Source: Alphaproteobacteria bacterium
Lineage (GTDB): Bacteria > Pseudomonadota > Alphaproteobacteria > CALKHQ01
DNA: 64,000 nucleotides
NCBI GenBank assembly: GCA_965227515.1
Contig: CBDDFZ010000001.1
Span: forward strand, 3,680,001 to 3,744,000
Direction: 5' to 3'
The first letter of the stretch is position 1, and every line of letters starts with the position of its first letter. Both the position numbers and the translations under genes were made by a program. This document shows positions 28,964 through 38,256 of the stretch, piece after piece. The notes beneath the pieces were generated by a model. The model worked only from the letters and a program-made list of their open reading frames with translations. It was not told where the DNA came from and ran no database searches.

Positions 28964-30409
28964 ATGTACGAGAGAGAAAAAGATCTCATCGACGCCTATG
29001 TCCGTGGTTCGGTCAGCCGCCGCAGCATGCTGCGCGGCCTATCATCCATGGGCGTTACGGCAGCGACCGCTGCCGTGCTCGTCAACGCCGGTGCTACGCG
29101 AGCGCTGGCGCAGAACGGGTTCGATTGGCAGAAGTACGCTGGCACGACGGTCAAGCTGCTTCTGAACAAGCACCCGTACACCGACGCCATGATTGCCAAT
29201 CTCGACAACTTCAAGTCGCTCAGCGGCATGGACGTCGTCTATGACGTGTTCCCGGAAGACGTCTACTTCGACAAGGTGACCGCGGCGCTCAGCTCCGGCT
29301 CGTCCGAGTACGATGCTTTCATGACCGGCGCCTACATGACCTGGACGTACGGTCCGGCCGGCTGGATCGAGGATCTGAACGAGTGGATCACCGACGACGC
29401 CAAGACGAACCCGGACTACAACTGGGAGGACATGCTGGAAGGCGTGCGCAAGTCCTGCGCCTGGAACGGCATTCCCGGCGGTGCGCTCGGGTCCGACGAC
29501 GCCAAGCAGTGGTGCATTCCGTGGGGCTACGAGCAGAACAACCTGGCCTACAACGCGGCCATGCTGTCCAACGCGGGCGCCAGCGTGCCCACCAACCTGG
29601 ACGAGCTGCTCGAAGCGGCGGCGGCGGCCCAGGCGGGCAATGACGGCATCTACGGCATCGGCGTGCGTGGCTCGCGCAGCTGGGCGACGATTCACCCCGG
29701 CTTCCTCTCCGGCTACGCCAATTTCGGGCAGACCGACCTCACGGTCTCCGACGATGGCATGCTGTCGGCCGCGATGAACACCGACGTCTCGAAGGAGTTC
29801 CACGCCAAGTGGGTCCAGATGATCCAGGATTCCGGCGCGCCGGACTGGTCGACCCACACCTGGTACCAGGTCGGCACCGATCTGGGCGCGGGCAAGTCGG
29901 CAATGATCTACGACGCCGACATCCTGGGCTACTTCATGAACGGCGGCGACAACGCCATGGCTGGCGAACTGGCCTATGCGCCGTTCGCGGCCAATCCGGA
30001 AGCGTCGGCACCGACGCCGAACATCTGGATCTGGTCACTCGCCATGTCGTCCTTCTCCAACCAGAAGGACGCGGCCTGGCAGTTCCTGCAGTGGGCCTCC
30101 GGTCCGGAGCATGGCCTGTTCGGCGCCACGCAGATGGACTTCGTCAACCCCGTCCGCCAGTCGGTCTGGGACGACGCAGGCTTCCGCGACCGCCTGTCGA
30201 GCAGCTATCCCGGCTATGTCGAGATGCACGACGTCTCAGCACCGGGTGCGTCGATCAAGTTCACGGCGCAGCCGCTGTTCTTCGATCTGACCACCGAGTG
30301 GGCGGCGACGCTGCAGAAGATGGTGGCCAACGAGGTGCCCGTCGACGAGGGTCTCGACCAGCTGGCCGAGAGCGTCAACTCGCAGCTCGAGGAAGCAGGC
30401 CTCCACTGA
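28964..30409 (+). CDS. Polyol ABC transporter substrate-binding protein, Tat-exported (MptA-like)
   Basis: Twin-arginine signal SRRSML; GGGAGG RBS; first gene of the ery-like operon. Confidence 0.85.
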   Translation: MYEREKDLIDAYVRGSVSRRSMLRGLSSMGVTAATAAVLVNAGATRALAQNGFDWQKYAGTTVKLLLNKHPYTDAMIANLDNFKSLSGMDVVYDVFPEDVYFDKVTAALSSGSSEYDAFMTGAYMTWTYGPAGWIEDLNEWITDDAKTNPDYNWEDMLEGVRKSCAWNGIPGGALGSDDAKQWCIPWGYEQNNLAYNAAMLSNAGASVPTNLDELLEAAAAAQAGNDGIYGIGVRGSRSWATIHPGFLSGYANFGQTDLTVSDDGMLSAAMNTDVSKEFHAKWVQMIQDSGAPDWSTHTWYQVGTDLGAGKSAMIYDADILGYFMNGGDNAMAGELAYAPFAANPEASAPTPNIWIWSLAMSSFSNQKDAAWQFLQWASGPEHGLFGATQMDFVNPVRQSVWDDAGFRDRLSSSYPGYVEMHDVSAPGASIKFTAQPLFFDLTTEWAATLQKMVANEVPVDEGLDQLAESVNSQLEEAGLH

Positions 30410-30418
30410 TCAGAACCA

Positions 30419-30447
30419 AGGGGCGCCCGAACACCACGGGCGCCCCT
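30419..30447 (+). terminator. Hairpin after SBP gene (mRNA stabiliser or partial terminator)
   Basis: AGGGGCGCCCG-aacacca-CGGGCGCCCCT. Confidence 0.5.
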
Positions 30448-30523
30448 GCCTACTCTGAACGAATATCCCGTATGAGGTATTCTTCGGCGCCGATCGCCAG
30501 GAGCGATACGGGGAGAGCGCTGC

Positions 30524-31444
30524 ATGTCCGCCACGTCGATTGAGAGCCCGCGACGCCGCATCCGCGTCGGCCGCCGAGCGCTGCCCTATGTGCTCAGCCT
30601 GCCGGCCCTGATCGTCTGCATCGGCATCCTGATCCCGTTCTTCACGTCCGTCATTCACTCGCTACAGCGGTACCGGGCGACGCAGCCGTGGGCGCGGCAG
30701 TTCAATTGGGGCGAGAACTACCTCAACTTCCTGTCCGATTCCTCGTTCTGGAACACGCTCAAGGTCTCGATGACCTATGCGGTCCTGACCGTCGGGCTGG
30801 AGCTGCTGCTCGGGCTGGGCATCGCGCTGTTGCTGCAGAAGCGCACGCGCTTCAACAACTTCGTCTCCATCATGCTGCTGATGCCGCTGATGACCGCACC
30901 GGCGCTGGCATCGCTGATGTGGAAGCTGATGACGAACCCGGGCTTCGGCATCCTCAGCTATTTCGCGTCTCTCGTCGGGCTTGAGGATTTCCGCTGGGCG
31001 TCCGATCCGGCTACCGCGATGCTGACCGTCGTTCTTGTCGACATCTGGGTCTACACGCCGTTCATCATGATCCTGCTACTGGCCGGCCTCAGATCGCTGC
31101 CGACCCAGCCGTTCGAGGCGGCGGCGCTGGATGGCGTGCCGCGGTTCTTCGTGTTCTGGCGCATCACCCTGCCGATGCTGACGCCGTTCCTGCTGACCGC
31201 CACGCTGTTCCGCGTCATCGAATCGATCCAGCAGTTCGACATCATCTACGCCATGACCCAGGGCGGCCCCGGCGATACGCTGACCGTGTTCCAGGTCGAG
31301 GCCTACCTGAACTTCTTCCAATCCACCAATGTCGGCCGCTCCGCCGCGCTGCTGATGATCCTGTGGGCGATCACCTATGTCCTGTCGATGATCTTCATCA
31401 AGCAGTGGCTGAAGCTGCGCGATCGACAGCGCGGCGAGCTCTAG
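30524..31444 (+). CDS. Polyol ABC transporter permease
   Basis: FEAAALDG, TQGGPG. Confidence 0.92.
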   Translation: MSATSIESPRRRIRVGRRALPYVLSLPALIVCIGILIPFFTSVIHSLQRYRATQPWARQFNWGENYLNFLSDSSFWNTLKVSMTYAVLTVGLELLLGLGIALLLQKRTRFNNFVSIMLLMPLMTAPALASLMWKLMTNPGFGILSYFASLVGLEDFRWASDPATAMLTVVLVDIWVYTPFIMILLLAGLRSLPTQPFEAAALDGVPRFFVFWRITLPMLTPFLLTATLFRVIESIQQFDIIYAMTQGGPGDTLTVFQVEAYLNFFQSTNVGRSAALLMILWAITYVLSMIFIKQWLKLRDRQRGEL

Positions 31445-31454
31445 AGGTTCGGAT

Positions 31455-32312
31455 ATGGAGCACACTGGCACCTTCGAGCGGATTATCCGGATCGTCGCCA
31501 TCTGGGCGGTGATCCTGTTCTTCATGTTCCCGATGTTCTGGATCTTTCTGATGAGCTTCCAGACCAACGAGACGATCCTGCGCGTACCGCCCTCGATCGA
31601 CTTCATACCGACGTTCGAGAACTACGTCGCGCTGATCTCCGGCAAGTTGGAGACCAATGCCGGGACGCTTGAAATCAACTTCATGTCCAACCTGGCGAAC
31701 TCCCTTCTGCTGGCGGCGGCATCGGTGGCCGTCGGCCTCTGCCTCGGCGTTCCGGCGGCCTACGCCTTCGGGCGGCTGAAGTTCCGCGGGTCGGAGGACA
31801 TCGCCTTTACGCTGCTCAGCTTTCGGTTTGCGCCGCCCCTGCTGGTGATCCTGCCGCTGACGGTCTACTTCAACGATATCGGGCTTGCCGATACCTATAT
31901 GGGGCTGATCTGGGTCTACCAGTTGATCGTGCTGCCGCTGATCCTGTGGATCGTACGCGGCTATTTCGAGGATATCCCGGCCGATATCGAATACGCCTAC
32001 CGCATCGCCGGCCATTCGTGGTTCGCCACATTCCGCAAGGTCGCGCTGCCGCTGGCGATGCCCGGCATTGCGGCGGCCGGCCTGCTGGCCTTCATCTTCG
32101 CCTGGAACAATTTCGTCTTCGCCCTGGTCCTGGCGTCGGCCGACAAGCAGCCGGTGACCGTCGGCGCCCTGGCCTTCGTTACCGCCTCTGGCATCCAGTA
32201 TGGCCAGGTCGCGGCCGGCGTCGTGCTCTCGATCCTGCCGACGCTCGCGCTCGCGATATATGCCCAGAAATATCTGGTCGAGGGCTTGTCCCTCGGTGCG
32301 GTCAAGGGGTAG
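31455..32312 (+). CDS. Polyol ABC transporter permease
   Basis: IEYAYRIAG variant EAA loop, WNNFVFA, GLSLGAVKG. Confidence 0.92.
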   Translation: MEHTGTFERIIRIVAIWAVILFFMFPMFWIFLMSFQTNETILRVPPSIDFIPTFENYVALISGKLETNAGTLEINFMSNLANSLLLAAASVAVGLCLGVPAAYAFGRLKFRGSEDIAFTLLSFRFAPPLLVILPLTVYFNDIGLADTYMGLIWVYQLIVLPLILWIVRGYFEDIPADIEYAYRIAGHSWFATFRKVALPLAMPGIAAAGLLAFIFAWNNFVFALVLASADKQPVTVGALAFVTASGIQYGQVAAGVVLSILPTLALAIYAQKYLVEGLSLGAVKG

Positions 32313-32317
32313 CCACC

Positions 32318-33424
32318 ATGTCTATCCAGTTGATCGATATCGTGAAATCGTTCAAGGACGACCTTGTGCTCGACCGCGTGTCGTTCGAGGTCGCGGCCGG
32401 CGAGACGCTGGTGCTGTTCGGCCCGTCGGGTGCGGGCAAGACCGTGCTGTTGCGCCTGATCGCCGGTGTGATCGATCCGGACCAGGGCACCATCGTCATC
32501 AACGGCCGCGACATGACCGGTGTCGAGCCCGAGGACCGCGGCATCGGCATGGCGTTTCAGAACTTCGCGCTTTTTCCGCACATGGACGCGCGCACCAACA
32601 TCGCCAGCCCGCTGGAGGCGCGGCGCGCGACCCGCGCGGAGATCGATCGCCGGGTCGACGAGGTCGCGCGGCTGCTCAAGATCGACCACGTGCTGGGCCA
32701 CAAGCCGAAGGCGCTGTCCAATGGACAGAAGCAGCGCACCTCGCTCGGTCGGGCGCTGGCCGGCGAGCCGTCGATCCTGCTGCTCGACGATCCGTTGCGC
32801 AACGTGGATGCCAAGCTGCGGTTCGAGATGCGCCTGGAGCTTCCGCGGCTGCTGAAGGACCAGCAGGCGACGGTGATCTACGTGACCCAGGACTACAAGG
32901 AGGCGATGGCGCTCGGCGATCGGATCGCGGTGCTGGGGCAGCATGGCGTCACGCAGATCGGAACGCCGGAGGACATCTACCTCCGGCCCAATTCGACCGA
33001 GATCGCGCGGCTGTTCGGCGATCCCGTGATCAACCTGCTCGATGTCGTGCCGGCGGCCGGCCAACAAGGCCCGGAAGTCAGCCTGTCCGGCGCGGACATT
33101 CCCATCCACCCCAGCCTGTCCGGCGCGGTCGGTCGGGAGTGCGTGCTGGGGGTTCGTCCGGAAGCGATCCGGTTCGTCGACCCCGACGCGCCGGGCGCGT
33201 TCAAGGTCGCCATCGAAGCGGAGACACCGCTGAACGAAAAGACCGTCACGCTTGCTGCCACGGCGCGCCATCGCGAGATTCTGATCTCCCGACCCGCCGG
33301 GGAGCCCGGGCCGGACCACGGTGACGCCTGGGTCAGCGTTGGCGCCGAGGCCATGATGCTGTTCGATCGGGCGACCGGCGCGCGCATCGACAACGCCCCC
33401 TCGCTGCAGGGAGCGGCAACATGA
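32318..33424 (+). CDS. ABC ATP-binding protein, degenerate NBD
   Basis: GPSGAGKT; signature LSNGQKQR; Walker B LLDDP; H-loop VTQD. Confidence 0.9.
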   Translation: MSIQLIDIVKSFKDDLVLDRVSFEVAAGETLVLFGPSGAGKTVLLRLIAGVIDPDQGTIVINGRDMTGVEPEDRGIGMAFQNFALFPHMDARTNIASPLEARRATRAEIDRRVDEVARLLKIDHVLGHKPKALSNGQKQRTSLGRALAGEPSILLLDDPLRNVDAKLRFEMRLELPRLLKDQQATVIYVTQDYKEAMALGDRIAVLGQHGVTQIGTPEDIYLRPNSTEIARLFGDPVINLLDVVPAAGQQGPEVSLSGADIPIHPSLSGAVGRECVLGVRPEAIRFVDPDAPGAFKVAIEAETPLNEKTVTLAATARHREILISRPAGEPGPDHGDAWVSVGAEAMMLFDRATGARIDNAPSLQGAAT

Positions 33425-34545
33425 CGGACACGGTGCTCAGCCTAGTGGAGGTCGACAAATTCTACGGGCCCATCAATGGCGGCGTCCATGCGGTCAAGGC
33501 CGTCAACATGGATGTGACCAAGGGCGAAATCATCGCGCTGCTGGGCTCGTCGGGCTGCGGCAAGACGTCGACGCTGCGCATGATCGCCGGCTTCGAGGAG
33601 ACCAGCCGCGGCAGGATCCATCTCGCCGGACGCGACGTGCAGACCCTGGCGCCGATGAAGCGCAACGTGGCCATGGCCTTCGAGGGCTATTCCCTCTACC
33701 CGACGGTGAACGTCCGCGACAACATTGCGTTCGCGCTCAAGGCCAAACGCCTTCCCGCGTCGGAGGTGGATGCCAGGGTCGCCGAGGTGAGCGAGATGCT
33801 GGAGATAGCCGACATCCTCGACCGCCGCCCGAACTCGATCTCCGGTGGGCAGCAGCAGCGCGCGTCCCTGGCCCGTGCCCTGATCCGGGATGCCGACCTC
33901 TATCTCCTCGACGAGCCGATGGGGCAACTGGAACCGCAGTTGCGGACACTGCTGCGCGGCAGGATCAAGCACTTCATCAAGGAGCGCGGCATGACCGCGA
34001 TCCTGGTAACCCACGACCAAACCGAGGCCAACGCGCTCGCCGATCGGATCGCGGTGATGGAGGACGGCGAGCTACAGCAATATGCGTCGCCGAGCGAGAT
34101 CAAGTTGCGGCCGGCAAACCTCTTCACCGGCACGTTCATCGGCGAGCCGCCCATGAACGTCTTCCCGGCGGAGGTCACGACCCGGTCCGGCGAGCTCCAC
34201 TTTGACCTCCAGGGCGGGCTTGCCCTCCCCTATCCCGAGAGCGCCTTCGCGCCCGAGGTGCGTGACGCGATGCTTGCGCGCAAGCGCATCGTCATCGGCG
34301 TCCGGCCCTACGCGGTCTATCGCTCGGCGGAGGGCGCGCCGGCCAAGGTGCTGGTCAACCAGTGGCTGGGCGACCAGAGCCATATCGCGACCAGCTTCGC
34401 CGATGGGACGCTGGTTCTCGTGGAGCATGACAGGGCCGATGTCGCGGCCGGCGATGAAATCGCGATCCAGCTCAATCCCGCCGACCTGCACGTCTTCGAT
34501 CCGGACACCGGCACGGCGATCAGCCACGGCCAGGACCTCGCCTGA
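33421..34545 (+). CDS. ABC ATP-binding protein
   Basis: GSSGCGKT, ISGGQQQR, LLDEP, VTHD. Confidence 0.92.
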   Translation: MTDTVLSLVEVDKFYGPINGGVHAVKAVNMDVTKGEIIALLGSSGCGKTSTLRMIAGFEETSRGRIHLAGRDVQTLAPMKRNVAMAFEGYSLYPTVNVRDNIAFALKAKRLPASEVDARVAEVSEMLEIADILDRRPNSISGGQQQRASLARALIRDADLYLLDEPMGQLEPQLRTLLRGRIKHFIKERGMTAILVTHDQTEANALADRIAVMEDGELQQYASPSEIKLRPANLFTGTFIGEPPMNVFPAEVTTRSGELHFDLQGGLALPYPESAFAPEVRDAMLARKRIVIGVRPYAVYRSAEGAPAKVLVNQWLGDQSHIATSFADGTLVLVEHDRADVAAGDEIAIQLNPADLHVFDPDTGTAISHGQDLA

Positions 34546-34688
34546 TGGCCGCGCCCGGCGCAAGCATCATCATCGGCATCGACGCCGGCACGTCGTCGGA
34601 CTGTGCAAGGGCCCGGCGCGACCTGCGCGTGGCTCTGCTGCCGGTCCGGGCCAAGCGCGCCGAAATTGGGGAGGCCGCACGTGCCTAG
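34545..34688 (+). pseudogene. eryA: Collapsed FGGY kinase remnant (erythritol kinase position)
   Basis: MAAPGASIIIGIDAGTSS|DCARARRDLRVALLPVRAKRAEIGEAARA*: FGGY phosphate-1 motif joined in frame to a C-terminal-like tail; overlaps both neighbours. Confidence 0.75.
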
Positions 34689-35721
34689 CAAAGTCGCCAT
34701 CATCGGCGATCATTTCATGCTGCCGGAGGTGTTCGAGGAGGAAATCCTGGCGGCCTGCGGCGATGCGGTGGAGACGCGCACGCGCAAGGACAACTGGCCC
34801 GACGAGCCCATGGAACACGGTTACGCCGTCGCCGGCATGGAGGGCCTGAAGGAGTATTTCGGCACCGCCGACGACGTTGTCGACTTCATCGGCGACGCCG
34901 AGGTGCTGGTCACCCAGTTGGCGCCGATGTCGCGCGCGATGCTGGAGCGCCTGCCGCAGCTCAAGTTGATAGCCGTTTCGCGCGGCGGGCCGGTGAACAT
35001 CGACATGGCGGCCGCGCGCGACCACCGCGTGCTGGTCGTCAATACGCCAGGCCGGAATGCCAGCGCGGTGGCGGAGTTCACCATCGGCGCGATCCTCGCC
35101 GAGACGCGCAAGATCCGGGAAGGTCACGAGGCGTTGCGGCGCGGCGAATGGCGCGGCGACCTCTACCGCGCCGACATCACCGGCCGCGAACTGAACGAGA
35201 TGACGGTCGGCGTGATCGGCTACGGCAATGTCGGCACCCGCGTTGTGAAGCTGCTGCGCGCCTTCGGCTGCCGGATCCTCGTCAACGACCCCTATATCCA
35301 GCTCGACCCGGACGACCTCAAGGCCGGGGTGGAGCTGGTCTCGTTCGATCGCGTGCTCGCCGAGAGCGATATCGTGACCCTGCATCCGCGCGTCACCGAC
35401 GAAACGCGCGGGATGATCGATGCGGATGCCCTCGCCCGCATGAAGCAAGGCGCGCTCCTGGTCAACACGGCCCGCGGCCCGATTTGCGATTACGATGCCT
35501 TGTATGCGGCCCTCACCGAGGGCGTGCTCAGCGGCGCGATGCTGGAGACCTTCGCCATCGAGCCGGCGCCTGCGGACTGGCCGCTACTGCAGCTCCCCAA
35601 CGTCACGCTCACCCCCCACATCGCCGGCGCTTCCGTTCGCACCATCAGGCATGCCGCCGAACAGGCTGCCGAGGAAGTGCGCCGTTATCTGGCCGGGGAG
35701 CCGCCCCGCAATCCCTGCTGA
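34681..35721 (+). CDS. D-isomer-specific 2-hydroxyacid dehydrogenase family (polyol-phosphate dehydrogenase)
   Basis: PGRNASAVAEF, GYGNVG, NTARG, TPHIAG; GTG start 34681 with GGGGAGG RBS. Confidence 0.87.
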   Translation: MPSKVAIIGDHFMLPEVFEEEILAACGDAVETRTRKDNWPDEPMEHGYAVAGMEGLKEYFGTADDVVDFIGDAEVLVTQLAPMSRAMLERLPQLKLIAVSRGGPVNIDMAAARDHRVLVVNTPGRNASAVAEFTIGAILAETRKIREGHEALRRGEWRGDLYRADITGRELNEMTVGVIGYGNVGTRVVKLLRAFGCRILVNDPYIQLDPDDLKAGVELVSFDRVLAESDIVTLHPRVTDETRGMIDADALARMKQGALLVNTARGPICDYDALYAALTEGVLSGAMLETFAIEPAPADWPLLQLPNVTLTPHIAGASVRTIRHAAEQAAEEVRRYLAGEPPRNPC

Positions 35722-35728
35722 GACCGCG

Positions 35729-37234
35729 ATGACCGAGACCGTCGATCTCTTCATCGTTGGCGGCGGCATCAACGGGGCCGGGATCGCCCGCGATGCGGCG
35801 GGACGCGGGCTTTCGGTCATCCTCTGCGAGAAGGACGATCTGGCGCAGGGCACCTCGTCGCGATCGGGCAAGCTGGTGCACGGTGGCTTGCGCTATCTGG
35901 AATACTACGAGTTCCGGCTGGTCCGCGAGGCGCTGATCGAGCGCGAGGTTCTTCTGAATGCGGCCAGTCACATCATCTGGCCGATGCGCTTCGTGCTGCC
36001 CCACTCGCCGAACGACCGGCCCGCCTGGCTGGTGCGGGTTGGCCTGTTTCTCTACGACCACCTGGGCGGACGGCGAAAGCTGCCGGGCACGCGTACGCTC
36101 GATCTGCGGCGCGATCCCGAGGGCGCGCCGATCGAGGATACCTACACCCGCGGCTTCGAGTATTCCGACTGCTGGGTGGACGATTCACGGCTTGTCGTGC
36201 TGAACGCGGTCGATGCGGCTGAACGCGGCGCCGAAGTGCTGACCCGGACCGCGTGCACATCCGTCCGCCGCGAGGACGGCCACTGGACCGTGGACATGCG
36301 TGAGGTGGAAACGGGCCAGACCCGTCGCGTGCATGCCCGCGTGGTGGTGAATGCCGGCGGCCCGTGGGTCAACGACATCATTGGCCGGGTTGCCGGCACC
36401 AACTCGCACCGCAGCGTCCGGCTGGTCAAGGGCAGCCACCTGATCACGCCGAAGTTCTGGGACGGGCCGCAGGCCTATCTGGTGCAGAACAACGACAAGC
36501 GAGTGATCTTCATCAACCCCTACGAGGGCGACAAGGCGCTGATCGGCACCACCGACATCCCTTACGAAGGCGCCCCGGAGGATGTCGAGATCGCCGAGGA
36601 TGAGATCGACTACCTGATCGGCGTGGTGAACCGCTACTTCAAGCAGAAGCTGCGGCGAACCGATGTGCTCGCCACCTTCTCCGGCGTGCGACCGCTCTAT
36701 GACGACGGCAAGGGCAACCCGTCGGCGGTGACCCGCGACTACGTGCTCGACCTGGAGCATCCGGACGACGCGCCGCTGTTGAATGTGTTTGGCGGCAAGA
36801 TCACCACCTTCCGCAAGCTCGCGGAACACGCACTGCGCAAGCTGGCGCCGGTGTTCCCCGGGATGGGGCCCGACTGGACGGCGGCCGCGCCCCTGCCCGG
36901 CGGCGACATCCCCGGTGCGGACTTCGACGCTTTTCTCGGCCGGTTGCAGGCGGATTTCCCCTGGCTGCCGCGCGACCTCGCGATGCACTACGCCCGGCAA
37001 TACGGGACGCGGACCCGTCGGATCATTGCGGACGCTGGATCGGTCGCCGACCTCGGCCGGCACTTCGGTGGCATGCTCTACGAGGCCGAAGCCCGGTACC
37101 TGCACAGCAGTGAGTGGGCGCGTTCGGCCGAGGACGTGCTGATGCGGCGCACCAAGCAGTATCTGCACATGAGTGGCCCCGAGCAGGCAGCCTTCGCCGA
37201 CTGGTTTGAAACAACGCTGGCAAATTCGACATGA
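35729..37234 (+). CDS. eryB: FAD-dependent glycerol-3-P/erythritol-phosphate dehydrogenase
   Basis: GGGINGAG, GTSSRSGKLVHGGLRYLE, GVRPL, GGKITT; ery operon context. Confidence 0.82.
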   Translation: MTETVDLFIVGGGINGAGIARDAAGRGLSVILCEKDDLAQGTSSRSGKLVHGGLRYLEYYEFRLVREALIEREVLLNAASHIIWPMRFVLPHSPNDRPAWLVRVGLFLYDHLGGRRKLPGTRTLDLRRDPEGAPIEDTYTRGFEYSDCWVDDSRLVVLNAVDAAERGAEVLTRTACTSVRREDGHWTVDMREVETGQTRRVHARVVVNAGGPWVNDIIGRVAGTNSHRSVRLVKGSHLITPKFWDGPQAYLVQNNDKRVIFINPYEGDKALIGTTDIPYEGAPEDVEIAEDEIDYLIGVVNRYFKQKLRRTDVLATFSGVRPLYDDGKGNPSAVTRDYVLDLEHPDDAPLLNVFGGKITTFRKLAEHALRKLAPVFPGMGPDWTAAAPLPGGDIPGADFDAFLGRLQADFPWLPRDLAMHYARQYGTRTRRIIADAGSVADLGRHFGGMLYEAEARYLHSSEWARSAEDVLMRRTKQYLHMSGPEQAAFADWFETTLANST

Positions 37235-38256
37235 CTGGTCCGGTCACTGACAACCCGACGCCGCCCACCGACCTGCCCGACCTCGCGCGCTATTCGGCGC
37301 GCATCGGCGCCGACCCGCTGCTGATCCAGGGTGCCGGCGGAAACACGTCGATCAAGGATGGCGACGTTATGTGGATCAAGGCGTCCGGCACCGTGCTGGC
37401 CGATGCGCTGTCCCGCGAGATCTTCGTGCCGGTCGATCTGCCGGCGATAAGGGCATCGCTCGACGATCCGGCCATCGATGCAGACGCGCCGGCCCAGTTC
37501 GCGCTCGAAACCCACGGTCTGCGCCCCTCGATCGAGACGTGCCTGCACGCGGTGTTTCCCCAGCGCGTCGTCGTGCACGCACACTGCGTCCAAACACTGG
37601 CCGTGGCGGTGCGCACCGACGCTGAGGACATCCTGGGTCGGAAACTGGCCGGCTTCGACTATTGCGCGGTGCCTTATGCGCGCCCTGGCGCGCATCTGGC
37701 GGCGATGGTGCGCGATCGGCTGGGGCCGGCAACCAATGTGGCGGTCCTGCTGAACCATGGTCTGATCGTCGCGGCCGACACCGTCGCCCAGGCGGACGCC
37801 CTGCTTGAAAAGGTCACCCAGGCGCTGACGGTCGAACCGCAAGCGTTCGCGCAGCCGGATATCGGCGGCCTGCGTGATCTGGCGGGCCCCGGATGGGTCG
37901 TGCCCGAGGCATCCGCGCCGGTACACCAGGTTGCGCTGTCCGCGGACCGGGTTCGACGGGCCACCGGCGGCAGCCTCTACCCCGACCACGTCATCTTCTG
38001 CGGGGTCGGCGCCACCGCGGTGGATGCCGGCAGCATCCCTGCCGCTGCCGCCTCGCCGCCGATGGTGATCGTTCCCGGGATGGGGGCATTGGTGCGTGCC
38101 GACGCCAGCAGCGGTGCCGTGGCGCTGGCGCAATGTCTCGGCGATGTGCTCATGCGCGTGCCGCCCGACGCCGAACTGATCTACCTGACGCCGGGGCAGA
38201 ACGCCGAGCTTCTGGGCTGGGATGCCGAGAAGTATCGGCAGTCCCTCAATGCCTGA
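37231..38256 (+). CDS. Class II aldolase/adducin family protein
   Basis: QGAGGNTSIK, IKASG, RPSIETCLH, VVHAH, LLNHG. Confidence 0.87.
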   Translation: MTGPVTDNPTPPTDLPDLARYSARIGADPLLIQGAGGNTSIKDGDVMWIKASGTVLADALSREIFVPVDLPAIRASLDDPAIDADAPAQFALETHGLRPSIETCLHAVFPQRVVVHAHCVQTLAVAVRTDAEDILGRKLAGFDYCAVPYARPGAHLAAMVRDRLGPATNVAVLLNHGLIVAADTVAQADALLEKVTQALTVEPQAFAQPDIGGLRDLAGPGWVVPEASAPVHQVALSADRVRRATGGSLYPDHVIFCGVGATAVDAGSIPAAAASPPMVIVPGMGALVRADASSGAVALAQCLGDVLMRVPPDAELIYLTPGQNAELLGWDAEKYRQSLNA

